Positions 13,701-29,271 are shown, counted from the whole stretch's first letter. The stretch: DNA of 63,836 nt, filler included, from Pelomyxa schiedti (GCA_020536535.1; 7 parts of 7 records of this genome joined end to end with filler, not necessarily neighbours in it), one strand, 5' to 3'. Numbers and translations: made by a program. The notes: generated by a model from the sequence alone, not told the origin.

Positions 13701-15716
13701 ACAGCACGTCCCGTTGTCGTTCCAACTGCAGCAGCAAAAGCGGCTTCCTCCTCTTCCTCTTCTGGTTCCAGCTCCTCTGGGTCTGGATCCGAGAGCTGTG
13801 AGTAACACTTTTCTTTCAGTATCACACAAGCACAATTGACTTTTCTCAGCTTATACACCTCCCCCTGTGGCAAAACCGCTGGTGATCCAAGTACCCTCAA
13901 GTGAATCCTCCTCTGAATCAGAAGGTACACTCCTTTTTATTCCCGAAGTAATGGCTTGGCAGAGGAGGAGCCAATGTGCGATAAAGGGCACATTCTTGTT
14001 AGTGTACCAACACCCCAGTTGCGCCTAGAGAATCCTGGCTACACCCTTGGGTTGATCTATGACATAGAAAGTTAGTGGTTAATGTACAACAGGTTCGGTT
14101 GCAATCTCTGTGGTCAAAATATTCGTATTTCACCCACTACATTCTCCCTGCATTGCCGTGCTTGTGGGTTGTATTTCCAGCCAACTTTCACAAAAATTAA
14201 TTCTCATCAGTTATGATGTATGCTCCCAATGCAAAGATTCCACTGGAGGAAAGAGAGCAGGAAAGATGCCAGCAACCGCATCTCCAGTGTCAATTGCTCT
14301 TCCTGGTCTCCCACCAATAGTTGTTGGTACTGTCTCCCTCTAGCACGAATACCACTCAATTATACTTAGACGAACGAAATCTTCAGTGCGCCTCTGGGCA
14401 CCCTCTTCAATGCAAAACAATAGAGCAACTAACCATGGAACATTCCGCCTATACTTATGGATTCAACTGTGACGAATGTAGATCCGCAAATTCTCGACCA
14501 AACCGTTCTGCCCATTGTACAATATGCCAGTAAGTACAGTTTTTATTTTCTTTCCTCATTAACCTATTTCACAGATATGATTTATGTCCGAATTGTACAA
14601 ACCAGAAGATTGAAGCAATACGCCAAGTTTTACAGCAACAGCAACAGCAGCAACAGCAACAACAAATAATCGCACTACAGCAACAGCAACAGGCGCAAGC
14701 GCAAGCACAGGCACAGGCACAAGCACGTGCACCTTCACAGGCACACAAGAAACCAGCTTCCAGTCTTTCTACTTCCAAGGCTGGCCCAGCCCCAGTTGCC
14801 TCTGGCTTCAGGACAACGGAAAAGACCATTTTCGCCCATTTGTCATTTTCACCTAGCAAGCAGTTCCATTTGGTTTGTACCTACCGTCACCAAAATGTTG
14901 CCTTATTTCACTTCACAGAATGGAGCAGCCAAGATAGCGGAGGGTAAAATTATTCTCACACCGGATGTGAGCAACCAAAAAGGTTCATGCTGGTTGGAAG
15001 TGCCTGCAGCTCAAGTTCTTTCTGGATTCTCCACGACATTCAAGTTATACTCATCGTTTTTGCCTGCTACATATTCATATTCTCATCTTTTATAGAACAA
15101 GAGTTAAAGGATTTGGAGCCGACGGCATAGCGTTTGTTATACAAGCGGAGGGTACAGCTGCCATTGGAACACCTGGTTGTGGCCTTGGAGCAGGTTTGTT
15201 CTTCCCTTTTTTAGTCCCTTCTCACCGCAATATCCAGCTGGTATTGAAACTTGGTAATACAATTTTTTCTTCCTCGAATTCTTTCCCTAACCCGATTCAG
15301 TTTCATGGTTGAAATGGATATGTATTGCAATGCCGGTATGGGAATCCCCATTAACCAAAAAAAAAACCTATTTCTTACATTTTCCAAAAGATTTCTGTGG
15401 AGATCCCAACGGAAACCACATTGCTGTATTTTTGGACATGTATTCCATATCCAACAACCACGAGGATTGCATCGCTGTCACCCGGCAAATTCCAGACCTT
15501 CACGGAGACCACGAAGTGAGCATATCTTACAACCCGGCATCACATACTCTCAATGTATCACTTGATGGCCGGCCTGTTATAGCCAATGCCTCTGTTGACC
15601 TGGAGAAAATAGCCCCTGATGGTCCCTCAGGGAACCTCTGTGTGGGATTCACGGCCGGAACCAGTGGCCTATCTCAGGCACATATGATTACTGCCTGGAA
15701 ATTCGACAAACTATGA
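10703..15716 (+). CDS. Multidomain protein: EF-hand region + Pro/Thr/Ser repeats + two Cys/His Zn-finger-like modules + polyQ/QA + L-type (legume-like) lectin domain
   Basis: EF-hand-like loops DTEGKGSVSLQK and DIDKSGMLEKSE. In-frame GT-AG splices link to ORF 12471-13805, to two CxxGHxL...CxxC...HCxxCxYDxCxxC modules (~13970-14600), and to GADGIAFVIQ / VEMD / DPNGNHIAV / VGFTAGTSG...HMITAWKF lectin motifs. Confidence 0.75.
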
Positions 15717-16087
15717 TAGTAACATCAGCACCATTATTCGGATATTTTCCTTTCCTGTTTTGTTTGTTTCTCTTAGAATTAGAAATAGAACAACGCCATG
15801 TCGATCACAGTTGCAATTCCTTTAAAATCTTCAACGACAACTGCGTACCGAAAGAGGACTCCTTTTTTTTTTAAATTGTCTCTATAGCCTCGTCGCCGCA
15901 CGACCGATCTACCGGTACGTCGAGATCCACCCCGTCACCATCGCCCTTGTTTTGTTGTCGTGGTTCGCATATGGCGATACATATTTTTTTTCCTGTCACG
16001 CGACCGTTTGCGTGTTTACGCCTCGTTCATGTTACTTTGCATATGTTTTTCTAATTTACTGTTTTTCTCTTTTGTGTTGTGAAGAAG

Positions 16088-17082
16088 ATGGTCCTGTCCC
16101 ACAAGAAAAAATCGTCCGCCATTAATGGGAAGCCCACCACCTGCGCCATTGGACGCAGAGGAGAGCGTGGCCACCATGTAACCAAGCGCCAGCCACCAAT
16201 GCGCCATAACCGCAGAAAGGCTGTATGTTTTCCATCCCTTAAACTGACTCTAGTGCTTATTGCAAATATTATATTTTATCTATTTATAATGTACTGGTGT
16301 CATGACACTTACCTTTAAAAATACACTAGCACAACGGCCCATTCCGCAAATTGGTCAAGGAGGTTATTTTCGATATCACAGGCCGTGCCCCTTACGAGAA
16401 GCGAGTAATGGAGCTTCTTCGAAACGGTTTTGATAAGCGAGCACTCAAGTTCGCCAAGAGAAGGGTAACTCTAACCACCCCACACCCACAAAACCCGTAA
16501 TACACGAATGCTAATCTGAACACAATACAGCTTGGCACTCACCTCCGCGCCAAGTCCAAGAGAGAGGTTCTTGGTATTGAAGTCCAGAAGGTCCGTCTCG
16601 AGCGCCAGAAGCTCCGCGAGGCCCACGACCTTGCCCAGAAGAAGGCAAGGAAGGAGAAGAAGGAGCGTGAGGCCAAGGCCAAGCTCGACAAGAGGGCCGC
16701 CGCCGCAGCCGTCGGCGCCGCCGGAGCCGGAGCAGTCTCTGGTGCCAAGCTCAGGAGGACCAAGCACAAGCTCGCCGAGCAGAAGAAGGAGCAAGAGAAG
16801 AAGAAGGCCGCAGGACCCACATCGGCACTCCCGCTCGCCCCAGCACCCGGCTCAGTGCCCGGAGTTGTCATCGAGAAGGAGAAACCGGCCGCTAAGCCCG
16901 CTGACAAGCCAGCAGCCAAGCCAGCAGCCAAGCCCGCTGAGAAACCAGCCGCTGAGAAGAAGGCTGCCCCGGAGAAGAAGGCTGCCCCGGAGAAGAAGCC
17001 CGCACCCGAGAAGAAACCAGCAGAAAAGAAACCAGCCCCGGAGAAGAAGGCCGAGCCCAAGAAAGATGAAGCCAAGTCATAA
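16088..17082 (+). CDS. RPL36: 60S ribosomal protein eL36 with long C-terminal extension, 3 exons, 273 aa
   Basis: Exons 16088-16222, 16330-16464 and 16531-17082. Motifs [40 protein letters not shown]. Confidence 0.93.
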
Positions 17083-17303
17083 ACAAATACATTCACCCCA
17101 CCACCCTCTGTGTTCATTTTTCCACACTCTTCTAGACGAACGGAACTAGAGATCTGGTTCCCGTAACGATTCTTCGTTTTCCCAAAAAAACAAAAGACAC
17201 AAACGGTGCTTAGCGCCTTGCGAGCCGACAACCCGCAAGAAGGTACAGAGCAGCAATAAACCCACCACTTATCCTCGGTAATAATATCCACCACACCGAC
17301 ATT

Positions 17304-19979
<2,676 letters not shown>

Positions 19980-20206
19980 ATGCTACACCCGTTGTACCAA
20001 CACTAACAAAACAACAACAAAAACAATACCCACACCAACCTATTCCCATTCTTACTGTGGGAGGGGCTCAATGCCCAGAATCCCCACTACCACATCCGGT
20101 AATCCATTCTCCATCAAAAAAAAAAAAAACGAAGGGGCCTGAAACGGCGAACAATCGGCAAGCACAATCAATCAATCAAACAAACAAACGAACAACAACG
20201 GACCCC

Positions 20207-21932
20207 ATGGACGCCAGCACCAAGGACGCCGCCACACCGGCGGCCACGAGCGCGGCGGCGGCCGTAAGCAGCAGGGGGGACGAGGACGAGGAGGGGGAGG
20301 CGACGACGATCGAGCGGGGCCCGCACGCGTGGGGGCTGTCGTGGGGGCAGATAGCGGCGGGGCTGGGGGGGCGGCCCTGGGACCCCGCCCCCGCCCTCGC
20401 CATAGCGACGGGCCTGGTGACCCCCATGATGACGACGACCGCGGCGGCCACAGACGGGGTGCCCAGGAGGCGGCTGGTCGAGTCCACTGACAACTGGGCC
20501 GGATGGAAGCTACAGAAGAGGGTATTGCATTCGGAATATATGTGTGTTGCGGGTGGTTGCGGTGCCCGAATGGGGAGTGGCTGATTTGGTGTTGTTGTCA
20601 ATTATATGCTGTTCTTGTTTTGTATGAGCAACCCAGACTGATATCCTGTGTTTCAGGTACACATGGAACTAATCCGGGAGTACGGGGACTGGGCATGTGG
20701 GTGGTGCTGGACCCTTGGTGAAGGGGGTGAAGCGGGAGTCATCAAGACGTGGTGCTGCAACGTCCACAGCTTCAAGGACAATGCGGAGGAAAATGTTGTT
20801 GCCGCACTCACAGAATGGAGGAGTTGGTGCCTCGAGCTTAGTGAAATCTTCGCCAAACTCAGGTATCTACAAGAAACAAAAAGGGTAAACCTAATATCAA
20901 AAACAGAAAACAATTAGCATGCTATGACCCAGCCCAAGCAACTGCGAGGGCCGCATCCCACTTGTTACCTCTTGTAGTTAAGTGGACTGGAAGCCAAGAT
21001 GCCTGGTACCACACCTTTGCTGTCATTCTGTCGTGGTATCTGTCATCATTCCTGCCCGAGAAGGATGTTCAGGATCTAATATTGACCACAATGGGCGGCC
21101 GGTTTGAGAGCTGGTCCAGCCCCGACAGTGTTACCGCCCAGGCTGTTTGTGAGGACGTAGGACGAGCAGTTGGGGCCAAGCTATCTCAAGCACAAAGAGG
21201 TTAGAATGAACACTCATTTACTGAAGTTCTGACCAAATATAAGAGGCACAATCCAAAGCCAAAGCCGCACAAATAGACTCACTCTCTGACTGGCTTCGAA
21301 TAAGGAACAGCTTCTCGTGGTTAATTCCAGAGAAAAGCACACTACCCACAGCCGGCCGCGATGGCCATGTGGAATACATCACCACGCATGATGCAAAAAG
21401 AGACCCAGCAAGAGCAACAAACATGATGACGGCACTGAGCCAAGCGAGGGAAGCTGCTGCCAGGGGTGTTCCTCTCACATTTGAACTGATATCAACATGG
21501 CAGCAGACAGTTCTAGGGACAGCCACAGTACCGAAGTTCAGAACCACTGATGCTTTTGCCAAAGAGGGTTCTGAGAGGTACCCTTACACAGCAACCACAC
21601 AAGCACAGTTCACATCAGCTCTCTCACAATCAGAAGGCACAAGCAACTCCGCAGAATCAACAACAGCATCCTCAGCATCAGCACCATCACCATCTGCAAG
21701 GCAACTTGGAACCATTGCAGGGGCAGCCAGGGCCTATCTGGATGTGTGTTTCTTCCACCCATTTGAGGATGGCAATGCCAGGTGTGCCAGGCTGGTTCTG
21801 GACTTCATACTGCACAAAGGGGGGCTGAGAGTGACCAACATGGAGCCCCTTGTGATGCCGTGGTACGCATCGGACACCAAGGCACCACCATCGTTCTTGC
21901 AGGCCCTTCTTGCTTCTGTCTGTTCCCAGTGA
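20207..21932 (+). CDS. Fic-domain protein of bacterial (actinobacterial-like) type, about 4 exons
   Basis: Fic motif YLDVCFFHPFEDGNARCARL near 21756. N-terminal YGDWACGWCWT...WCC...VVAALTEWRSW block. Three GT-AG introns (~20521-20657, ~20862-20917, ~21200-21246) restore the frame. Confidence 0.85.
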
Positions 21933-22166
21933 AAAAAAAAACCAATTTTTTTCCTTTTCAAAACCTTTTTTGTTGTGACCGAAGTTCTGTTGTGTTGGAA
22001 AGAACCAAAAAGGAACAATGGACAGGCAGAGACTTGAACACACACTCTGGCAGTAGAGTTTGTCACCAAGGCTCAACCGGTCCGCCTTCCAGCTTTCGAC
22101 GAGCCCTTTCAAAAGACAATCGAAACTATTTCCCAAAAATGAGTTATGGTTTGGAATTTTTTCCTT

Positions 22167-24560
22167 TCACAAGGGAAGGCCAAGCCATAGTTTTACTTCT
22201 GGAGCCAGTGCGGAAGAGTTTCTGCCGGCGAGTGCCTCGCGGCACTCCTGCATTGTGGGAGAACGGTACCTGTGCATGGTGTACGTGGCGATGTGTGGAG
22301 ACATAGTAATCAGCGGCATGAAGTGCTTAAGAATCATGTCCCCGTCAATGGCCGGGTGGTACCGGCTCAGGATAACCTGCCACCCTGCCAGGTCAATGCC
22401 GAAGACCGCTTGGGGGCACCACTTTTGCATCATTTGGATAATCTGTTGCGCGCGGTCAGTGCCGGGTGCCGGGTTTTGGTGTTATTAATAGTAGTACTTT
22501 ATATGTGATACTTGATAGAGTGAAGGGGATTTCATACATCTGTCAAAGGGATGTCGAAGTGATAAAGGAGCCACTGTGCACACCGGTTCTTCTTCCTGGA
22601 TAAGAGGCAGAACAAGAGGTAGTTGTCATGAACTTTGATGTCTGTGTACTGCAGGTTGAACTTGCAGACAACCCACTTAACAATCTTGCTGCAGAATACT
22701 AGGCCCCTGCTTGAAGGAAGGTGTTTTGAAATAAACTCTGGGGTCCACAATGATGCCGCTGAGGAGCCAACACGTCGGTAGAAGTGCTGGAGAGACTTCA
22801 AGTCACTTTTCATGAAGTAATCCACAATTTTCTCATATAACTCTAGGTCGGTATGCAGTTGGTAGGCAGGGAATGCGTCCAGCAGCACCAACATTGAAGA
22901 AGGACCGCGGTAAAATTGATGGAGTGCTGATAGAGCGTCGTGAATAGAGGTGTCACTTATTGCAGAAGGATTTGAGAGGTGTTGCAGGAACCATTTCAAC
23001 CCCGCTGCGCCGATATCGGTATTGAACTCCTGACATACACCCGGCAAAGTGTCGGCACTCTCTGCTGTGAGATTAAGTGTATCCATCACGTGGAATGTAG
23101 CTTCGAGCCACTCGGCAACTTCAATGTTGTTGTACTGGAGTGCTCCAATAAAGGCTATTCTGATGTCCAGTGGCTGGAGAGTGACCCTGGTTGACAACCA
23201 CTTTGCAAATGAAAGCGCCCTTTTATTTGATGTGGAACAAACGGAGGAAAATGTGGCTGGAGTTGGGGTGAAGCTCTTCTCGGTGGTGAGCCACTGAAGA
23301 AATTCCACATCTCCCACTTCTTGGCAGAGACGATTATAAGTATCCTCGGCCGGTATAAGAGGAGAGGTTTTCAGTGCCCACTTGGCAACGTCAGCGTTAG
23401 TAACTCCTGAATTGAGGATGTAATCAGCCACTCCAAACTCAATAATATAATCTTCAAGCCATCGGATATCTTCAACAGAAGTGCAGTGTCTATTTGTCAG
23501 CAGGTTTGCTATAACTCTCTCCCTGTTAAGATCGAGAGAGAATTTCCCAGCAAACCATTGGTAACTTCCCGGACTCAAACCTCTTGCACACACCGCCAAT
23601 AGGGCAGGCCCAACCCCGTTTGGCAGGTTACTCAAGTTGTATTTCTCCAATATCCACTTGAAAACTTCCATGTTCCCGGTAAACATAGCCGACTTCATCG
23701 GCGTGTACAAGAGCCACAGCCCTTCGTTCACAGAATCCCTCTCAGGAACTCTCATCACACACTCCAGGAACCACCTCACCGCCTTCAAATTCCCAGACTC
23801 ACAAACCTTCTCCATGATCCTGTGTGCCCCGGACGAAGACTTAAGATACACCCTCACCTTCTCTGTGAGTGTATTTCCCCTCTCTTCCATATTGTCCATG
23901 TCACTCTCAGACCCACGAGGGAAAGCATTCCTCCACCTCACCACCTCCCGCCCATCCCACAATGCCGGAAGCGACCCAGCGCCACTGCCGGAACCACTAG
24001 CCCCCGCAGAAGAACTCCCATAATCGCCGCCGCCCAGCATAGCGGCGGCCTCATCCACGTGCCCGCCAAGACACAGCCCAAGAACCACGGCGCTCGCCTC
24101 CTTCACAGCCCTCAGCCTCTCGCCCTCCATGTGCCACCCCTCGGCGATCTTTTCGCCCACCAGCCGGTCCCTGTACTTCCTGTTTAGGATCCACGCGACG
24201 CACGCCGGGGCCGGGGCCCTGGCCGCGGTTGCAATCGTGCGGTACGTCCCCGCGTGGGTCTGGTCGTCCTCCTCCTCGTAGGCGTCGGCGGCGGCGGCCT
24301 CGGGCGCAGTCGCCCTGGAGCAGGCGAGGGCCACGAGGGGGAACAGTGCCTCGGCGACGCGGAACAGGCCCAGGCTGCGGGCCCAGGGGTAGTCGCGGCG
24401 GGCCCCGCCGGTCGGGTGGACATGGGGGCAGCTGCAGCCGCAGGGGGCGCTGGCCCTGTCGTCGGCCAGCCACCCGGGCAGCACCACCATGTCCCACACA
24501 ACACGCGAAACATGCAACACGTGGCTGGCGCGCAGGGAGAGTGGTCGCGGTCCCTCTGTT
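22167..24560 (-). CDS. Degenerate ankyrin-like helical-repeat protein of a lineage-expanded family; 5' end uncertain
   Basis: 662-aa ORF with repeated CxxGNLxxxxWL / FLQWL / VAEWL motifs and the VSRVVWDxVV N-terminal motif. An intron (~22446-22540) links it to the terminal exon 22167-22445. Confidence 0.7.
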
Positions 24561-25065
24561 GGTGGTAGGAATTGAGATTAAAACGGTAAGGGACATTTAT
24601 CGTAGGATTAGGCGAATCATGGTGGTCGGTGGTGTGTGTTGGGGGAACTACTACCACACAGGGCCACTAAAGGGCTGCTCTCAGTGGTGTTGGGCCCGAC
24701 CTTCATTTGTGCTTGTTCAAAAAATTGATTTTTCTTGAGAGCCCGAAAAGCACGCACACAAATCAACAAAACTTCGAGCAAGTCACTTTGTTTCAAGTGA
24801 GGTTGCACCATTTGTGAGGTGGCACACCTCTTGGGACTCAACAACATCAATCCATCATCACCCCGGTAGGGTGCTGGGCCGCCTGCGCAACTCGAGTACC
24901 AGAGCAAAAGTCCTGAGGACGCTGGTGGCTGGCACAAACAGTGTCTGATTTGATGGAGTGCGCCCGGACTTACGGGAAACAAAAACGAATTGTCAAGGGA
25001 TAGACGGGGTGACTGTGATGCCACCGTGGCACGGTAACAAAGGGGCCAGTTGTTGTTCTCGAGAA

Positions 25066-26376
25066 ATGGAACCCCAACCAAAGAGGCCAAGGACGACGTC
25101 GTCCGATTCCCAATCGTCGGCGTCGTCCTCACCAGCACAGTCGCAGCAACCTATTTTTGATCCAGTGCCTGGGGTTGTGCCTGTGCCTGTACCTGATGTG
25201 CCACCGGTGGTCCCAAGTCCCAGTCCCAGTCCCAGTATCAGTCTCAGTCGTAGTTACAAGAGTGACGTGGTGTCATCAATTGTGAGGGATGCAATTGCGA
25301 ACTTGGACAGAATGGCTGGTGAGGCTGAAAAGGTAATCCCCCTTTGTTTTTTGGTTTTTCTTTGTTTAACAACTGGCATACCTTAGCGTGCAAATGATGT
25401 GACATTGGAAATTGATGACAAGTTGACACAGATAAGAACGGAGATGGTGACCATGGTTGACGCAAAGATAGCCAAATTGAAAGCGGAAGTGCACACAAAT
25501 CTAGTGGTTTGCTTTTCTTGTCCAATATAGATATGCCTGATCCCTTCAAACAGACCTCATTGAATAAACTCAAGTCCTTCAATTCAGCCGATTACACAGT
25601 CAAACAGAGTGTTTGTCTTCACTTCTTTACAAAATTCTAATGAGAACATAAAATAATCTTTCTCAGTTTATCTGTCCGGGTGACAATCTGTTGAGAGGGT
25701 TGGCACACTCATTGGATGAATTCTATGTGTTGCAAGGTATACACAGATTTCCTCCTCTCTCTATCTTTTTTTTTTTGCCGGAATAATTATCCCCTCAAAA
25801 AACCACAGGAACACACATTTTGGAATTGCCCCCCGATGTTTTGAGACAGATTATTGGCTATTTACCACCAGAGTCTGTTGTTTCAACTCGTGCAGTTTGT
25901 ACTTCTTTTTTGGAAGCTGTTCAGACTGGTAAACAAATTTCCCGCTCAATTATGAACTCAACAACCCACTTTCAGTTTATGCGTGCAAAAGTTGCACGTT
26001 TTCCGTGGAGGCCCGGAGGTCTGGACAAACGTGGATAATAACAGGCAACAACAATTTCGTCACACCGTGCATGGACTTCAAAATGGCACTGGAGCCACAT
26101 CAAGTTGGACTTGGGTTCTTTCTGTACATCACCAAGAAGCGGCTGTATGCACAGGCCAAGGCGGTGCACGTGGAGCTGGACGAGGTGGGCACTGAACGGC
26201 CTGCCACCACTGTGACTGTCAACTATTCCACAACATACTTGTCAGAGATGGCACGGCGCCAATTGGGCCGTGGTGGGAGCATTGCGTTCAGCCCAGTGCC
26301 AAAGAAGCTTCGCATCACCATCACAATCAATGACCTCCACCAGACCCCTTCTTCACGACCAACCAAGGCTCTCTGA
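25066..26376 (+). CDS. F-box-like protein, multi-exon
   Basis: F-box-like motif ILELPPDVLRQIIGYLPPESVVSTRAVCTSF at ~25815-25915. N-terminal MEPQPKRPR (NLS-like) and short coiled-coil exons. Confidence 0.65.
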
Positions 26377-27400
26377 CTGGTTAATCTGTGGACCATTGGG
26401 ACTTCACTGCTATCTGGTGTTCCAGAACAAAGCAAAGGAAGAACACTTTTTAGTGTTTTTGTTCAAGTTGTTGTGTAGCCTTGGAGACTGTGCAATGACT
26501 TGCCTCTTTTGTTTATCTCCACTATCATCAAAAAAATCACTAGCTACGAGGGGAGACCATGCCGCCCTGGGGTGAAGAGAGGAACAAGCGGTACCCGCCT
26601 TGTGTTGTCTATTCCATCACGTCGTTCCATCTAATATCTTCTTGTTTTATTTCTGTACGTGTTTGTTTTCAATTAAATTAAATTAATTTAATTTAATTTT
26701 TAATTGTTTCTTTGTTTTCTTTTTCCCAGTAGATAACTATCATTCCAGCGGGCAAGGTAAATTCCATCTGTTCTTTCAGCACTGGGACACTGGAATGCTT
26801 TTTTTTTTTTTACACTTAGGTGGTCAACTTTTCTGCCGCTGCTGACATGACAACCACTGACGTACATCCTTCTACTTTTTTGTCATTGCTAAACAGTTGT
26901 AGGTACCGGACTGACCAACCCCAACTTCCCTTACCCACTCTCCCGCTTTTCCGCTTTCCATTTACTGTGACGGGTGCACAACCAGGCCCAAATTTCCCTT
27001 CTTACTCTTTCACTCTCATGTGTACCCACAACGCCCACTTCTCTCCAAAATGTGGATTTTTTATACAAGGACTTAAGGGCAGAAAACTTTTTTTTTTTGC
27101 CTGAAGTCGATTTTCGACTTCAGGCTTGTACATAGAGGAGTGAGGTGAGGATGGTGAGAGTGAGTGTGAGGAATTCGGCCTGGTGCCCAGTCTGGTACCT
27201 AGTACTTTGAGTTGGATGACGAGGGGGGAGGGATGTACGTTGGCGGTTGCCATCTGGGCAGGTAAAAAAAAAAGCTACATACCACCGTGCCAGTATAAGA
27301 AAAACCTAGCCAGCTGGGATTACAGCCACCACGTCCGGCACCTAAATTATGCTACGTGAGAAAACGAAGAAAGAAGAAGCCACATACATACTGGCGGAAA

Positions 27401-27469
27401 GCGGAGACTTCTAATACAGGTTGAAAGCGGCGTAAAAACTGGTGTAATGCGGAGACTTCTAATACAGGT
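27401..27469 (+). repeat. 21-bp direct repeat, two copies, period 48
   Basis: GCGGAGACTTCTAATACAGGT at 27401-27421 and 27449-27469. Confidence 0.85.
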
Positions 27470-27831
27470 CGAATGGAAAAAAGAACCGGAGGTGTAATTA
27501 ATAATGTATAATATATAATATATTATTAATTAATACGCATATATAACCATTAAATTTAATTTATTATTATATAATAAATTAAATTTTTAATAATAATGGT
27601 TAATACATTGTAATTATTTAAAATAAATCAAATTTAATTTGTATTTTAATAATAAAATCAAAAACACCACTCCGATAAATAAAATAATAAACAAGCAAAC
27701 AGAACAGTTGTGGCGAAGAAGACAACAAAAANNNNNNNNNNNNNNNNNNNNNNNNNNNNNNNNNNNNNNNNNNNNTTAATTAATTAANNNNNNNNNNNNN
27801 NNNNNNNNNNNNNNNNNNNNNNNNNNNNNNN

Positions 27832-29106
27832 GTCGCTGCCAAACAGATCGACTGACGACGTCGGTGGGTCCATGAGCGTCCAAGTTGGGTTTGATCTGGG
27901 GTCGTTCTTATTTACAATTTAATTTAATCTTGGTGCCGTGGCAAAGGAGGACGGGGCGGCGAGGGGCGGGATGTCTGGGAGGCCGGAGGGGCCCCCGATC
28001 GACATGGACCGGTACCCTCTGCCTATATTCCCTGCTGGCTCAAAGGTGCGAGTGGATCCTTGTTACTTTTATTCTTGTGTATTGAATTCATTATTTAGTT
28101 ACTTTGGTTTTTTTTTTTGTTTTGTTTTTTGTAAAAAAAATATAAACAAACAATACACCTTGTGGTACCTCTAAGTGGGAGAGGTGCTAGAGGGCTTGCA
28201 GTGCACGGCATTTGCTTGTTGCCAAATTGCCATCCATGTGTAACACCCCACTCCGGCACGCAGCCAACACTCTTGGTGGATAGGTCTTCTTGGCAAAATT
28301 TCCTGCCTCTCTTGCTGTTGACGGCAATCAATTTGATAATATGTCTTATGAGGATAATGACAAAAATGCTACCGCACAGTCTGTTGCCAATGTATTGAGA
28401 TGGCGGGTTGTTGTTGATGCCTCTGGAAAAGAGAAGGTTACACTTCCTTTTGTTCCAGTAATTTTTGATCTATTTTTAGAACCAAAGCAATGCTAGGCTT
28501 GTCAAGTGGTCCGATGGGAGTATGCATCTTTTCGTTGGAACTACAGCAATGCCTGTTGATGTTGTAGATGTATGCGTTCAATTACCTTGTATTTGTAATT
28601 GATTTTTTTCCAACTTTTAAAGATGAAAGCAAATCATCAGTACCTGTATGCAAGATGTAAGGGAACCATACAGCAAGTGGCCCCTATTGAAACCAGGCTG
28701 GTTGTCAGGCCACCAACTGTTGTTACGAATAGGTACATATTACATCTTCCTTTCATGCACTAACCTTGGGAAAGAGTGAGACCATTTGGCCAAACAGCAA
28801 GGCCTAAAACAAAAATGGTTTCAACAGAGAGAACCGACTCAAATAGGTTAGAACAGTTGGAAAAGGACAGATCAAATGTAATTTTGTGCATATCATGGCA
28901 TCTCCTTGCTTATCTTCCTTTAGATGAATTCCCAACTCGAATCCAGAGCCCGCCGCAGACAGCAAAAGATTAGTGCCACCTCTGCAGCCTATGACAATGA
29001 TATGGACAATGTGGAAGGAGAAGTGGATTCCAATAGAGATGAGCGAGAACGTTTAGCAGAAGAGAGACTTCTCAAGGCCAAACAAGGCTCAAAAAAAAAA
29101 TCATAG
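27832..29106 (+). CDS. LEO1: PAF1 complex subunit Leo1; 5' end lost in gap
   Basis: ANVLRWRVVVDASGKEK...SNARLVKWSDGSMHLFVG Leo1 signature, then QYLY... and an acidic/basic C-terminus. Confidence 0.85.
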
Positions 29107-29271
29107 TGGTCTTCAAGAAAAAAGAAAAAACCACATTTTTCCATAAATAAGTTTATAAGTAGCAGCACACAAAGGAGACTTGACTCCTTTGATTGTACCC
29201 TAGGCTAGTTGCATACAAGTTTATATGTAAGAGATCAAGGGGATGGTGCACAAGGTCAGGCCAGCATGGAG

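Noticed and set aside
12212-13930. 572-aa minus-strand ORF rich in GV/E repeats
   Set aside because: Antisense shadow of the PT/poly-Ser coding region on the plus strand. The same applies to 2574-3077, 16539-17663, 30378-31658 and 60670-61188.
21640-21660. Possible Fic inhibitory motif near SQSEG
   Set aside because: The spacing does not fit (S/T)xxxE(G/N); residue E-4 is Leu.
27401-27500. Repeat-spacer-repeat resembling a mini CRISPR
   Set aside because: There are only two repeats, the spacers share GGTGTAAT (a degenerate tandem duplication), there are no cas genes, and the context is eukaryotic.
27776-27787. TTAATTAATTAA embedded in N-runs (also ~49135, 52811, 54151, 58980, 62133)
   Set aside because: It is an artificial six-frame-stop scaffolding linker, not biological sequence.
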